DNA of 64,000 nt, taken from assembly GCA_964016885.1 (NCBI GenBank), contig OZ024743.1, forward strand, positions 369,024,001 to 369,088,000, in the 5' to 3' direction. The translations under genes and the position numbers were made by a program. Source of the DNA: Eledone cirrhosa (lineage: Eukaryota). Position 1 is the stretch's first letter; the number at the start of each line of letters is the position of its first letter. Under the pieces are notes generated by a model. The model was not told where the DNA came from and did not search any database. It saw nothing but the letters and a program-made list of their open reading frames with translations. This document shows positions 36,799 through 50,644 of this stretch, piece by piece.

Positions 36799-38569
36799 CA
36801 TATATATATATAAATACATATATATACATATATATATACACACATATATATACATATATATACACACATATATATATATGTAGTCGTGTCCCACCCATAC
36901 TAGCATGGAAAGAACAAATGAAAAAAAGGATGAGAATGTTGATAGTGGGGATGATGATGAGGATAGCATATATATATATTATCTATTTTTATTTTTCTAA
37001 TATATAGAATATTTTATACACTTTCTGTCACCCACCCCTCCATCCAAACCACTTGTCTTCAACACAATCTCCCTCCACGTCATCTAATATCACCATTACA
37101 ACCTCTCTCACACATCTCATCTTCTCATGACCATGTGGGCTGGGTTGTGAGTGGATGCTTCCGCCATTTCTCTTCTTTTTTATCCCTCCTTCGCTTCCTT
37201 TCCTTTTCCTTTAAATCTTAACATCCTTTACCACACGGAACCACATTAATAAGATATTCTTGAAAAGTACAACACACCAATATACTACAGTGTATTAAAA
37301 ATAAGTCTTTACTTTAGTATTCTAAATTTCCAAAGCAATCTGTCTACAAGTAAAGATATTGTAAACATTTGAATTAACAAACCACATGCAACCACATTAA
37401 GCAAGATATTCTTGAAAAGTACAAAACTGCACGACTGCATCACATTAAAATTTAATGACTTTATTTAGTCAACTGCAAAATGTTCACAACAATCTGTTCA
37501 CTAATAAACAGACTATAAACATTTGAATTATTTTTAGATGTTTTTTGCTAATCAATGTTAAAAGTTAATACTGGAAATTTTCACAATTATCTATTCAATA
37601 GTAACGATACTATAAACATTTCTGCTAAATCATGTTAGGATTTGACTCTCTATTACATATGTGTGTGTGTGTTGGACAGGCGTCAGTTCCAATGAGGAGT
37701 GTTCTAATTGTATGAACATTGAAACAGCTTACTCATGAAATTAAGATGCAAGTGGATGAGCATTCCACAGACACATGTACCCTTAACACAATTCTCATAC
37801 ATTTAGTTATTAACTCTTTTACCTATGCTATTTATTATCTCTCTTATAACTAGGGTGGTTATGGTTAGGGTTAGAAAGACTGTTTGTCAGTTTATTTTTA
37901 TGTCTTTTAATTGTTAAATCTGGAGGAAAGGGTAGTAGCCATGGCATTTACAGAAACTCCAGCACCAATGAAATTGGTACCAGTGATGTTCCCCTTAAAC
38001 AAAAGAGTTCCAGAAGGCTGTCATTTTGGGCAGGAAGAACAGTGCATATGTGCTAGAAAATGTAAAATAACTTGCCTTGGATGATCCTTGTTGGTTGTCT
38101 CTTTATCCAATTGTGTGACCTAAGAATCATATTCACATAGGCTATGGCCAGGAATTAGTGTTTCACACATGGCCGTGGAAAATACAAGTCCCTCTTTTGA
38201 AATAACAATGGGAGAGAGAGAGGGTGGAGGAGAGTGAGCAGCAACTTATCTCCTCCCCTAATGTGACATCCCTACATCGTGTCTCTTCTGGTGTGTGTCT
38301 TACTACCCCACAGTATAGTAGTTAGAGTGGAACTTGAGGGTTTGGGTACAACATGTGTGATGAGACATATAAGTTGGGAGTGTTTGAGAGGCCGATGACA
38401 AAAGCCTAGCCAGTTGTGAGGAGCAGAGGCCATTGTAGTAACAGTAAAAATGTCAGAAAGAAGAGACAGCTTGACAGTAGGCAAGAAGCTACTTTAGTTA
38501 AGTGGCTTTTCTTTGGATGTGGTCTAGAATATCTTGTTTATTTAGACCACCATCATCAACATTATATTT

Positions 38570-40420
38570 AATTCACACAGTGCCACAGAGTCACACAGTG
38601 CCACACAGTTCTACACAGTTCCAAACAGGTCCACAGTGTCATACACTGAACACAATGCCACAGTGTTATACAATACTACACAGATTCACACAGTGACACA
38701 CAGTATTACACAGTGCCATACAGTGTCAGACAGTGTCATACAGTGTCACACAGTATCACACAGTGCCATACAGTGTCACACAGTCCCATACAGTGCCACA
38801 CAGAGCCATACAGTGTCACACAGTCCCACACAGTATCACACAGTCCCACACAGTATCACACAGAGCCATACAGTGTCACACAGTGCCATACAGTGTCACA
38901 CAGTATCACACAGTCCCACACAGTATCACACAGTATCACACAGAGCCATACAGTGTCACACAGTCCCACACAGTATCACACAGTGCCATACAGTGTCACA
39001 CAGTCTTACACAGTATCACACAGAGCCATACAGTGTCACACAGTGCCATACAGTGTCACACAGTATCACACAGTGCCATGCAGTATCACACAGAGCCATA
39101 CAGTATCACACAGTGCCATACAGTGTCACACAGTATCACACAGTCCCACACAGTATCACACAGTATCACACAGAGCCATACAGTGTCACACAGTCCCACA
39201 CAGTATCACACAGTGCCATACAGTGTCACACAGTCTTACACAGTATCACACAGAGCCATACAGTGTCACACAGTGCCATACAGTGTCACACAGTATCACA
39301 CAGTGCCATGCAGTATCACACAGAGCCATACAGTATCACACAGTGCCATACAGTGTCACACAGTGCCATACAGTGTCACAGAGTATTACACAGTATCACA
39401 CAGAGCCATACAGTGTCACACAGTCCCACACAGTATCACACAGTGCCATACAGTGTCACACAATCTTACACAGTATCACACAGAGCCATACAGTGTCACA
39501 CAGTGCCATACAGTGTCACACAGTATCACACAGTGCCATGCAGTATCACACAGAGCCATACAGTATCACACAGAGCCATACAGTATCACACAGAGCCATA
39601 CAGTATCAGACAGTCCTACACAGTATCACACAGAGCCATACAATGTCACACAGTGCCATACAGTGACACACAGTATCACACAGTGCCACAGAGAGCCATA
39701 CAGTGTCACACAGTCCCACACAGTATCAAACAGTTAAACACAGTATCAAACATAGCCATACAGTACCACAATGTTCCACAAAGTGACACAAAGTATGATA
39801 CAGTGTCACACAGTGTCACACAGTTCCACAGTGTCACACAGTACCACACGTGTCACAGTGTCTTACAGTTCCACACAGTGTTACACAGTGTCACACAGTC
39901 CCACACAGTGCCACAGAGTGTCACACATTTCCACTGTGTCATACAGTACAACACAGTGTCACACAGTGACACACAGTGCCGTGATATCACACAGAGACAC
40001 ACAGTGACACAGTATCAGACAGATCCACACAGTGTCAAACAGTGCCACACAGTGTTACACAGTGTCACACAGTGCCACACAGTGTCGTACAGTGCCACAC
40101 AGTGTCACACAGTGTCATACAGTGTCACACAGTGTCACACAGCGCCACAGAATGACACAGTGCCACATAGTCACACAGTGTCATAGTACCACAGAGTGTC
40201 ACACAGTTCCACAGTGCCACACAGTGCCACACAGTATCGCAGAGTCACATAGTGCCACACATTGTCACACACTGTCACACGGTGCCACATAGTCACACAC
40301 TGTCACAGTACCACAGAGTGTCACACAGTGCCACAGACCCACACAGTTCCACATAGTGCCACAGATTGTCACACACTGTCACACGGTGCCACATAGTCAC
40401 ACAGTGTCACACAGTCACCA
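38570..40420. repeat. 10-bp satellite (CAGTRYCAYA) with 230-bp higher-order repeat
   Basis: Exact 10-bp register over 38691-39780; variant units cagtcttaca/caatcttaca at 39001, 39231, 39461 and cagtgccatg at 39071, 39301, 39531. Confidence 0.95.
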
Positions 40421-40489
40421 CCCACTGTGTACATTCACTCTTTATCAAAGGATGGAGATGTGCTCTTGGGTGACTATTACATCTCTCTT

Positions 40490-41620
40490 CTCTACACCAC
40501 ACTAAGTTACACTACACCACACTACACTGTAGCATAACACACTACACTACATTATACTGCACCACACTACACTACGCTACACTACACCACACTACACTAC
40601 ACTATACCACACTACACTACACCACACTACAACACACTACACTACACTACACTACACCACAGTACACTACACTACACTACTCTACACTAAACCACACTAC
40701 ACCACACAGCACCATGCTAGACTACACCACACCACACTGCATGACCCCTCACTGCTCAACACTACACCACACCACGCTACACTACACTACACTTCACCAC
40801 ACCACAGTACACTACACTACATTGCAATACACTGCAGCAGACTACACCAGACCAGACCACACCACACTACATTACACTATACAACACTACGTTATACCAC
40901 ACCACACTACACTACACCACACTACACCACACTACATTACACCTTACAAAACCACACCACACTACATCACACTATATTACACCACAGCAAACCACACTAC
41001 ACCAGACTACACCACACCACACTACACTATACTACATTACACAACACCACACTACACCACTCTACACTACATTACACTACACAGCATCACAATATACACA
41101 CTACATAACACCACACTACATTACACCACACCACACCATGCCACACTACAACACACTGCATTACATCACACAAAACCACACTACACCACACTACACTACA
41201 CCACACTACACTACACTATGCCACACCAGATTACACTAAATCGCACTAGACATCACTAGACCACACTCCACCAGACAACACCACACCAAGTCACACTAGA
41301 CCACACCACATCACACAACACCACATTACACCCCACTACACCACACCACACTACACCACACTACACCACACTACACTACACCTCACTACACCACACCGCA
41401 CTACGCTACACTAACCTACAGTATACTACACCACACTACACTACACCACACTTCACCATACCATACCACACCTCACTACAATACACCACACTACACTACA
41501 CCATACTTCCCCATACCACACCACACTACAATACACTACTCTACACTACACTTCACTACTCTACACTACACTACACCACACCATACTACACCACACCACA
41601 CCTCACTAAACTATACTACA
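40490..41620. repeat. (CTACA/CCACA)n pentanucleotide tract
   Basis: Direct reading. Confidence 0.95.
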
Positions 41621-44600
41621 TATGGGGCTGCCATGGGGAAGATTGCCAGAAGCTGGGGGACGCTTGACCGAAATCAGGAGGACAAGTGATGTGTCACATG
41701 AGGGTTTAGGGGCTACTGACTGACCCTTTTCCTAGCAGTCGTGTTGAGTGATGACGTGTGAAGTGAGACTGAGAGAGGCTCTGGTACCCTAAAGTTGGAT
41801 GCAAGGTAAGTCTGAATGCCTCTGGTTACAAGCTATTTAGGCGTTAAAAGACATTTTCCCATCTTTCAACATTCTTACTCCCCTCAGCATTTTTTTTTCT
41901 TCTTTTTGAATGGAGATGGCCTTGAAATTGAGAATGGGTAGTGAGGCGATCAAAGCCTTTAAGGGTGAAGGAGATGTCATAGTCTGGTTGAGAGAAGTTA
42001 GATTGGTCATGCTGCAATGTATAGAGAATGTGGCTGGCTTAATCACTCTTTATCTCAATGGAAATGCACTGGCGTTATACTTCGAGATGACAAGTCAGAC
42101 CAACTGAACACAGAGAAGATAGAGCAACGTCTTAAGGAAGCATTCACCGAGGGGCCTTATGGTGTTTTCGCCAAGCTAGACAAAGCGAGATGGATGAGAG
42201 AACATGTGGATGTATTTGCAGCAGAATTATGGCAATTGGCTACACTGGCGGATTTATGGTAGACCGCAAAAGTACCGTGCGGGTGGTGTTTGTGAACGGG
42301 TTCCCCGATGAGATCTCAATGAGGCTCCAACAACTGCCTGGCAACAGAGAGATGAACATGAGCGAGTTAATCCCGCAGGCCCGCATAGTGACACAAGACA
42401 CAAAATGGAATGTTGCAGCACTAGCAGCAAGGGAAGCCCATGGCAGTCGACAGCGATCAACGAACGATGGAAGGAGAACAGCCACTGTGAATATTCGTGC
42501 ACATGCGTTTAGAGATCAGTGCTTCGTGTGCTAGGGCCCGCACATGGCAAGGGACTGCAGAGAGCCAAAGACAAACATAATCTGCAACCGATGTAAGTGG
42601 CCAGGCCACATTGCCAATAATTGCAACCAGGGAAATGGTCCAAGGGGGGCTACTGTGCTAGTAGCTGCCCATGGAAACAAGTAGAGGTGCCCTTGCAGTT
42701 GCTGCCCATAGTGGAAGTTCTGGGGGGGGGGGACCATCATGAGCCCTAGTGGACACGGGCTGCACAACAACATTAGTGACCACGGAGGTGGTTAAAAAGA
42801 GGAGTGGGATGAGTAGTGTAAGGGCAGTCGACGGTAGGGAGATTAGATGCAAAGGTAGCAGATGGCAAAGATGATAGAAGATGGCAATACATGGAAGTAA
42901 AATATGGCTCCGGGCGATCATAATTGACCATGTGGTGGACGGAATCGATGTAGTAATGGGTATGGATGCAATTGGCTGCCTTGGAGGTGTTACAGTGAGT
43001 TAAGTCAAGGTAACGTCTGGTAGCGTGGAAATATGATGCACCATGAGTATGCAACAGGAGGACAGGGAAATCCACAAAGAAAACCATGCCACTCACACCA
43101 TACAAGACAGATTTCAGGGATGTGTTCGATGGGCAACGATGGGTAGTTGAGTGGTTCTGGAAAGGAGAACCACCAATGCTGAAGAATAGAGTGAGCTGTT
43201 ATCAGCATACCTTGAAAGGAGATGCCAGAAGCAAGTTTGAGAGTGAGGTACAGAGATGGATCGAGGAGGGTATACTGATTCCTTGGAAGGAGGAGGTAAA
43301 GTGTGGAGTGTTCCCATTAATGGCAGTAGTGCAGCCCACGAAGAACAAGGTTAGGCCAGTGTTGGACTTTTGTGAACTGAACGAACATGTGTCATGCCAC
43401 ACAGGTGGTGAGGTCACGGATGTCTGCAGGGAAACCTTGCAAGGGTAGAAACGAATGATGGGGGCCTCCATGATTGTCAACTTACAGTTGCCATATCTAC
43501 AGCTTCACGTATCTGAGAAACTGGAAGTATCAGCTGGTCAGGTATAAGGTTCAGACATACTGCCTCACCAGGCTTGGCTTCGGGTTGAACTCTGCACCAA
43601 AGATCATGGCAGCGGTCCTCAAGGCCATTCTGGGGAAAGCAGACAAGGTGAAGAGGGCCACCAACTCCTACATTGATGATATCTTGGTAGATGAGACTGT
43701 GGTGTCAGCAGTAGAGGTCTCAAGCCACTTAGGAAGGTTTGGGTTGACTGTGAAACTGCTGCAGGCAATGGAGGGGGGAGCCGCACTAGAACTCAAGCTG
43801 CAAAGAGACAAGATGGGCGCACTGGTGTTTCAGAGGGGAAATGAAGTCCTGGAACTGGGCCTCGACATGAATAGACAGGAACTCTTCTCAATGTGTGGTA
43901 AATTGGTGGGCCGCTATCAGATCACAGGGTGGCTCTGGATGGCATGCAGTTATGTCAAGAGGTGAGCAGACAGAGTGAGCTAGGGTGACAGGGCTGGAGA
44001 GAGGACAGTGGCCATGATGCAGGAGATCGTGGAAAGGGTTAAGGCAGATGACACAGTAAGAGGATGGTGGTACGTCCCCAAATCGGAAAGCAGGACTGTA
44101 TGGTGTGATGCCAGCAGCATAGCACTATGGGTCACTCTGGAAATAGGGGGTGTCGAGGTCAAGGACGCAGCCTGGCTCAGGAAGAAGGAGGACTGCAACC
44201 ACATCAACGTAGCCGAACTGGATGCTGTGCTGAGAGGAGTGAATCTAGCCCTGAGATAGGGGCTGCGCACTATAGAAATTAACACTGACTCGACCACTGT
44301 ACTTTAATGGCTGAGATCAGTGATTACCAGTGAGAAGAGGGTGTGAACAAGAGGAGCTGCGGAAATGTTGATAAAACGCCACCTGGGAACTCTGGGAGAG
44401 TTGCCTACCAAGTTCGGCTTGATGTTGAGCATAGTTTTTGAACCCTCGGAGAAAAATAGGGCAGAGATATTACCCAGGGTGAAGAAAGCCTGGCTGGAAG
44501 TACCAGAGGACACAGAAAAAGGGATAGCTGCAGTGTGTCGGCTGAGTGACTCAGAGTTGAGGGGGTTGCATGCCATGCACTACATGGGAGTGGATAGGAC

Positions 44601-45504
44601 CCTATTCCTTGCCAGAAGAATCGACTCTGACAAAGTGTCCAGAGAGTGGTCGGAGGTTGCAACAGATGCCATCTATCGACCTCACCTCAGGTGTGCACAA
44701 GACAGGCAGAATCCCAGTGGAGCACAACTGGAAGTGATTAGAGGGGGACGTGACACACTACCAACAAGGGACATATCTCACAATGGTTGATTGTGGGCCG
44801 AGACAGATGGCAATATGGAGGGAAATGAAAATGGGGACTGCGGAGGAAATCACGCAGATGCTGAGAGAGATATTCGTGGAGGGGGAACCCTGCGGATGGA
44901 CAACAGCACAGCCTTTCAATCAGAAGCGCTGAGGGAGATGCTTAACAAGTGGAAGGTGAACCGCTTCTTCAGAGCGGCATACAGGCCGAGCAGAAATGGG
45001 ATCATGGAGAGATGCCATCACACGATCAAGGCCATGGCAGAAAGGCAGCACATTTCACCAATGGAGGCAGTGTTTTGGTACATGTCTCCTCGGATGGGAC
45101 AGGCTAAGGTGTCGGTGCCACACAGGGCAATATACAGATGCGAATGGCAACACCCATGCATGGTACCACAATGGCCGAAGGAGAGAGAATGTATTCGAAC
45201 AAATGGGTGAAGAGGTCTAGGTCAAGCCCCTGAACGCGCGTTGCACATTCCAATGAGGAAAGGGAACGGTAATGGCTGTAAATTCCCCAAACAACATGTC
45301 TGTGGATGAAATGCTATATCACATCTTGGACATCCATAGAGTTGTTGTTTTGATGGACTCCGAGGAAGCGCCGCCCCCAACAGTGCGGAGATAGCAGTTC
45401 ATGTCGATTGAAGACATGTGGTGTGAAATGAGAGAGGCTCTGGTGCCCTAAAGTTGGATGTACCACAGGAAGATGCAAGGTAAGTCCGAATGCCACCAGT
45501 TACA
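41621..45504 (+). mobile_element. Degenerate Ty3/Gypsy-like LTR retrotransposon (gag-PR-RT-RH-IN)
   Basis: LTR 3' halves gagagaggctctggt[a/g]ccctaaagttggatg...gttaca at about 41770-41830 and 45430-45504; CTACA on both flanks; zinc knuckles CFVC*GPHMARDC and CNRCKWPGHIANNC; ALVDTGC; YIDDILV; WCDASS...HINVAELDAV; LRMDNSTAF...YRPSRNGIMER. Confidence 0.92.
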
Positions 45505-45952
45505 CTACACTAATTCTTCTTCCTCATATTTCTCTGCTCACCCATGTTCTAATTATTTCACTTGTGAACCTTGAACTTCCTCCTTCTCATATTTTTTTAT
45601 CATCCTTCCCTCACCATTTACACACACACACATACACACACTCACACGTACACATGCACACCTCCTCGTTGTTAACTACTTCACCCCTCCTTTTCTTCAT
45701 GTTCCCCCTCCCCTTTATTTTTTCTACAATTTATTTATATATTTTAGATTATTTCCAAGAGTAGACTCCCTCTACTTATTGATAACGACATTTCTGACAA
45801 TGGAGAACACAAGATCCATATGTTTTAAAATCACAGAAATACTCTCTCTCTCTCTCTCCCTCTTTCTCTCTCCCTCTCCCCCTCTCTCTCTTATATCAAT
45901 ATCCCATGAATGTACAAACTAGCTTAACACCACCTGTTAGTTTTATATATAT

Positions 45953-47012
45953 AGGTTTGATTAAAATAACACGAGGTCAGACTGGTGATGTTCCTTTGAA
46001 GTTTTATTGTTGCAAAAACACTATATTTCAATGACCAGGTTACGTAAGATCCTGGCAACATCATCAGGTGCGGATTCCATAATTAGTTAATCAATAAAGG
46101 TTATAGTAGAAAATTATAAAACGGTTTTAAAAAAAAATAATGAAAGTTGGGTGTGTAAATTAGGGGTAAGATAATATAAATATATATATTTAATCTATAC
46201 TTACCCCTAATTTACATATTTTTCTAATTTAAACGTTTTTTAATTTATACTTTTTCTTAACGTAGTTTGTACGTAATGTATTTTTCATAATTAATTTTTG
46301 TTCATTTATTTAACACCCGATTTTCCTTATATTTTTTTAAAAACGTTTTATTATTGTTTTCTTTTTTTGGACGTTTTATAAATTTGTATAACCTGACTTC
46401 CATATCTACTATAAGCTGATCTTCTCCACCATCACACTTAGCTGCTTTTGGCCAGTGTATATTCACAAAGGGCCTATGACTCCACCCTGGTCACTATGGT
46501 CAGAGTAGCTCTCAATAATGGCATAGTAGTATCTATAAAAACAAGAAATGTGTCCCCACATACTAGTCCCACACATACCTTGGTCAGGCCTACCAAACCC
46601 ACAATGCTTTGCATTGACTACCTTGCTATTCGGGTATGGTCTGCTGCAACAATAATACCTAGGTCGCAGGCCATCTCCGAATCAAATATTTTTCTATATT
46701 TTCCCTGGTTGTGTATGTCGTAATTCCTTTATTGATTAACTAATTATGCAATCTGCACCTAATGATGTCACCAGAGTCTTACGTAACCAGGCCATTGAAA
46801 TATATTTAGTGTTTTTGCAACCTTAAAGGAACATCACCAGTGCGGCCTCCTGTTATTTTAATTAAACCAATATTTAACTTTGTTCCTTCACCAACCACAG
46901 GATTCAACATCAACGATGGATGAGTTGCATGACATAGACTACTTTTCCTATTATTACAACATGATTAACTAAATAGAATGACCAGTTCTATCCAGTGGTG
47001 AACCACTAAACA
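45953..47012. mobile_element. Penelope pLTR-like element with diverged inverted arms
   Basis: Arms about 45953-46100 and 46723-46870 are inverted and each carries a hammerhead motif; flanked by TA runs. Confidence 0.65.
46010..46078 (-). ncRNA. Type I hammerhead
   Basis: Minus strand: cac CTGATGA tgttgccagg-atcttacgtaa-cctggtcatt GAAA ta TA gtg; the opposite arm (46747-46819, +) has CTAATGA. Confidence 0.65.
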
Positions 47013-47029
47013 TAAATATATATATATTT

Positions 47030-48400
47030 ATAAAGACTGGTGCAGCAGTATTCTCATAAATTGCTACAAAGGTAAAGAGGATGCTCTGGAGAGGAGCAAT
47101 TACAGGGGCATAAAGCTGATGGATAAGGTTATGAAAGTGGCAGAGAGAATATTAGCGCAACTGATTAGAGAAAGGGTAAAATTAGATGAGATGCAGTTTG
47201 GTTTTGTGCCTCAGAAAAGTACAACAGATGCCCTCTTCTTAGTGAAGCAACTACAAGAGAAGTTCTTAGAGAAGAATAAGCCACTATACTTAGCTTTTGT
47301 TGACCTAGAGAAGGCCTTTGATAGGGTACCCCGATCTGTCATCTGGTGGTTCCTAAGGAAACTAGGTGTAGAGGAATGGCAAGCTATGTACAGGGGTGCT
47401 GTCAGTAAAGTGAGAGTAGGTATGGAGTTTAGTGAGGAATTCCAGATACAAGTAGGAGTACATCAGGGTTCGGTCCTCAGCCTGCTCTTGTTCATTATAG
47501 TCCTCCAAGCCATAACAGAGGAGTTTAACACTGGGTGCTCATGGGAACTTCTCTATGCTGATGATCAGGGAAATGGCCATGTTCGATATGTAGGAAAGGA
47601 ACTGGCATAAATTCCATAAAATGTACACAATGCAGATCTTGGGTACACAAGAGATGTAGTGGGATAGCAGGCAAACTAACAGGTAGGGAAAACTATGTAT
47701 GTACAGGAAAAGTTGACAGTAGTAATCGCAGTGATAGACACATTTTTTCCAATGCAGGTGGGTTCTATAGAAGTGGTTGATAGCTTCCTGTACCGAGGTG
47801 ATCAGATTAGCAGGGGAAGGGGGTGTTCCGAGGCCATAGTATCTAGAATAAGGACAGGTTGGAAGAAGTTTAGGGAGCTGTTTCCTCTGTTGACAAAGAA
47901 GGGTTTCTCCCTGCGTACGAAAGGATGGTTATATAATGCCTGTGCGAGATGCACAATGCTGCATGATAGTGAGACATGGGCAGCAACTGCAGAAGATATG
48001 CGATGGCTGGAGAGAAATGAAGCAAGCATGCTCCGTTGGATGTGCAATGTCAATGTACGTGAACGACTGAGCATGGATGTGTTGAGAGAGAAACTGTGTA
48101 TAAGAAGGAGAGGCTGTAGTGAGTGGGTGAGAAGACTGCATTGGTATGGACATGTGATGTACATGGAGGATGACCGCTGGGTAAAGAAGTGCCAAGAAAT
48201 CCCAGTAGAAGGGAGACACAGTAGAGGTAAACCATGAAAAACATGGGCGGAGGTGGTGAGAGCAGACCTCAGATCACTGAAACTCACGGAGGAGATGGCG
48301 AAGGACCGTGACAAGTGGAGAGATGCTGTGCTGAATAGGACCCGTCCCACCCTTGCAAGCAGGGAAAAGCAGACATAAAATGATGATGATGATGATGATG
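47030..48400 (+). mobile_element. RTE LINE (RT to 3' end, internal deletion, (TGA)n tail)
   Basis: SNYRGIKL, QFGFVP, AFVDLEKAFDRVPR, GVHQGSVLS, LLYADD, then a PHD-like segment and RRLHWYGHVM...RGKP. Confidence 0.9.
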
Positions 48401-49371
48401 ATATATATATATAAGTCTAATAGAAAACAAATATTAGACTTATATATACATATAAGTCTAATAGAAAACAGATATTAACAGCAATTGTGGTCTGATGAAG
48501 TTTATCTGGATTAAAAATTAAAACTACCTTACCATACCGGTATTGTAAGGTAGTTTTACTTTTTATTTCAATTTCATTTAACTGAGTAGTTATATTCTGT
48601 GTGATGTATTTTTTTTGGTTAGTTTAGGCTTGTTGTCTTTAGTTGTTGTGTAAGGAAATATTATAAACATTCTTTATTAAATATTGTAATATAATATATA
48701 TCGTTTATTGATTATTCTCATACAGAAACTGAATACCATGGCGGCTGTATTTTGAAAAAGTCTATCTCCCCCATACTAGTATTTAGAGTGTATTGGTGGT
48801 TGGGCTCATGGAGTATGAGTCAGGAAATATAGATACTGTCTAAGGTAGGAATTATAGATGATGTCTTGGATCTAGTATAGACATTTAGTTTGTAATTGGC
48901 TTTGTTTTAATGAATATATTAGTTTGGCATTTGATGGTCTTATCCCCTGGGTGTTTTTGTATTATTGGATTTGTTTTCAGAGTGTATTATAGGGACAATC
49001 AGTGTTTATTTTGTGTTTGTTCTAGGTGTATCTACGTTCAGATGTTTGTGTTTGATGGTTCTATTTGCTTATTTACATATATATATTTTATCATATTTCT
49101 CATTAAAAGGTTTCTGATGTGAAGGGTTTTTCTGTTATATTTAATTGGGTAATTTGGGGAGAATTGTGTAAGGAAAAATGATATATATTGTAACATGACT
49201 CTGATACTGTGCACATTAAGATGTCCACTGAAAGGTCTCTGGTATAAAGGGGCTCTAGTATGGTTTTAATTTTTCATTTTAATTATATTTAACTGGTGAA
49301 TTGCATGTGGTTCGGAATGCTTTTAGCTGAGTAAGATCGTTGTTTTTTGTTGTTGGATAGAATTGATTAAG

Positions 49372-49403
<32 letters not shown>

Positions 49404-49407
<4 letters not shown>

Positions 49408-50282
49408 ATAATAATAAATTTCAAGACTAAAATCCAAAGAGGGTTCGATAAGGATAAATATAGAGCAAATATATAAGAACCGTAGAGCAAATATTTATTA
49501 AAATAACAGATTAAAGTTTAAGCAAAGAATCGCTGCTTTCACCCTTAACGGGATCTTCTGAAACTAACAAAGTCAATCTGTAAACGCAGAAGTGGATATT
49601 TCAAAAAACGTTGCACCCGGAGGAAGAGAGGAAGACGATACTTTGGTTCGTGGAAACGTTCGCTATGCAAATAAGTAATGGTATAAACAAAACATATACT
49701 TAGCTCCCTCATCAAGGCGTAAAATATCCACGTATAAATCGTACTATCCGTTAGGGTATAACGTGGGGCTGTAATACAGGAAAGTTTTGTGTAATTTATG
49801 TTTACAAGCCGAAATCACCTCAGATTTTTTGTTTAAGATGTGGTCTGTGGCATAGAGTATTTCCAGGGCCTCAGCGGCGCAGAGGTCACATGGTCTTTTA
49901 TTTCCGTTATACGATCTAGCCCTAGCTAGGATCTCCCAGTGTAACTTATATTGGGTGTGGTTGTCTTTTAGACTCCAGATATAAGCAGAAAGTGACGTCA
50001 TATTCCTTCTTAGAGGGTAACGAAAAGAATGGGTATGCATGTAAAGACGCTGCTTGAATCTATTGGCGGTTAACCCTGTGTAGGCCCTACGGGACGTGGG
50101 TGTTACAACCTTACATTTGTAGACAATGTTACTAGAGAGGCAATTCCCGGATAGGGGGCAATCAACCCGATTCCTACAATTACAGTTAGTACTAACTACA
50201 GGGTTGCACGTGTTCCTACGGCTAGGTAGTTTAGCTAAATTTGAAACTGTGATATTATGTGCAAGGTTAATTTTCCCCCTAC
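49404..50282 (-). mobile_element. Penelope-like 3' end: GIY-YIG domain plus pLTR
   Basis: ORF 49744-50286(-): CNCRNRVDCPLSGNCLSSNIVYKCKV...AYTGLTANRFKQRLYMHTHSF...TSLSAYIWSLKD...CDLCAAE...NKKSEVISACKH, without stops. Confidence 0.9.
49507..49580 (-). ncRNA. Type I hammerhead variant (CAGAAGA core)
   Basis: Minus strand: cagattga ctttgtt agttt CAGAAGA tccc-gttaa-gggt GAAA gca-gcgattctt-tgc TT aaact ttaatctg; all three stems pair. Confidence 0.62.
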
Positions 50283-50644
50283 ACATATATATAGTAAAAT
50301 TTTCAATAGAAATACTATTAAAATTTCTTACTCTACGACTCCTAACCTTGATGATGATGATATATATATTATCATCATGAATGATAATATATATATCATC
50401 ATCATCACCGTTTAGTGTTCATTTTTCCACGCTAGCATGGATTAGATGAGTTATCCTGTTGTGAGCAATGCCAGGTCAGATGACCATTTCTTGCTCATAC
50501 AGAACCAATTTTGGGTTGGTTTCTACAGCTGGATGCCCGTCCTAGTGCCAAACTCATTTACAGTGAGTACTGGATGCTTTTTGCCATGACACCTACATGA
50601 CCACTTTACAGTATATATGTATATATAGATATAGATATATATAT

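Noticed and set aside
37930-38110. Possible R4/NeSL-like 3' fragment (EFQKAVILG...AYVL)
   Set aside because: Too short and degenerate to call without a database search.
38636-40186. 516-aa and other long ORFs
   Set aside because: Artefact of a stop-free 10-bp satellite; open in all three frames.
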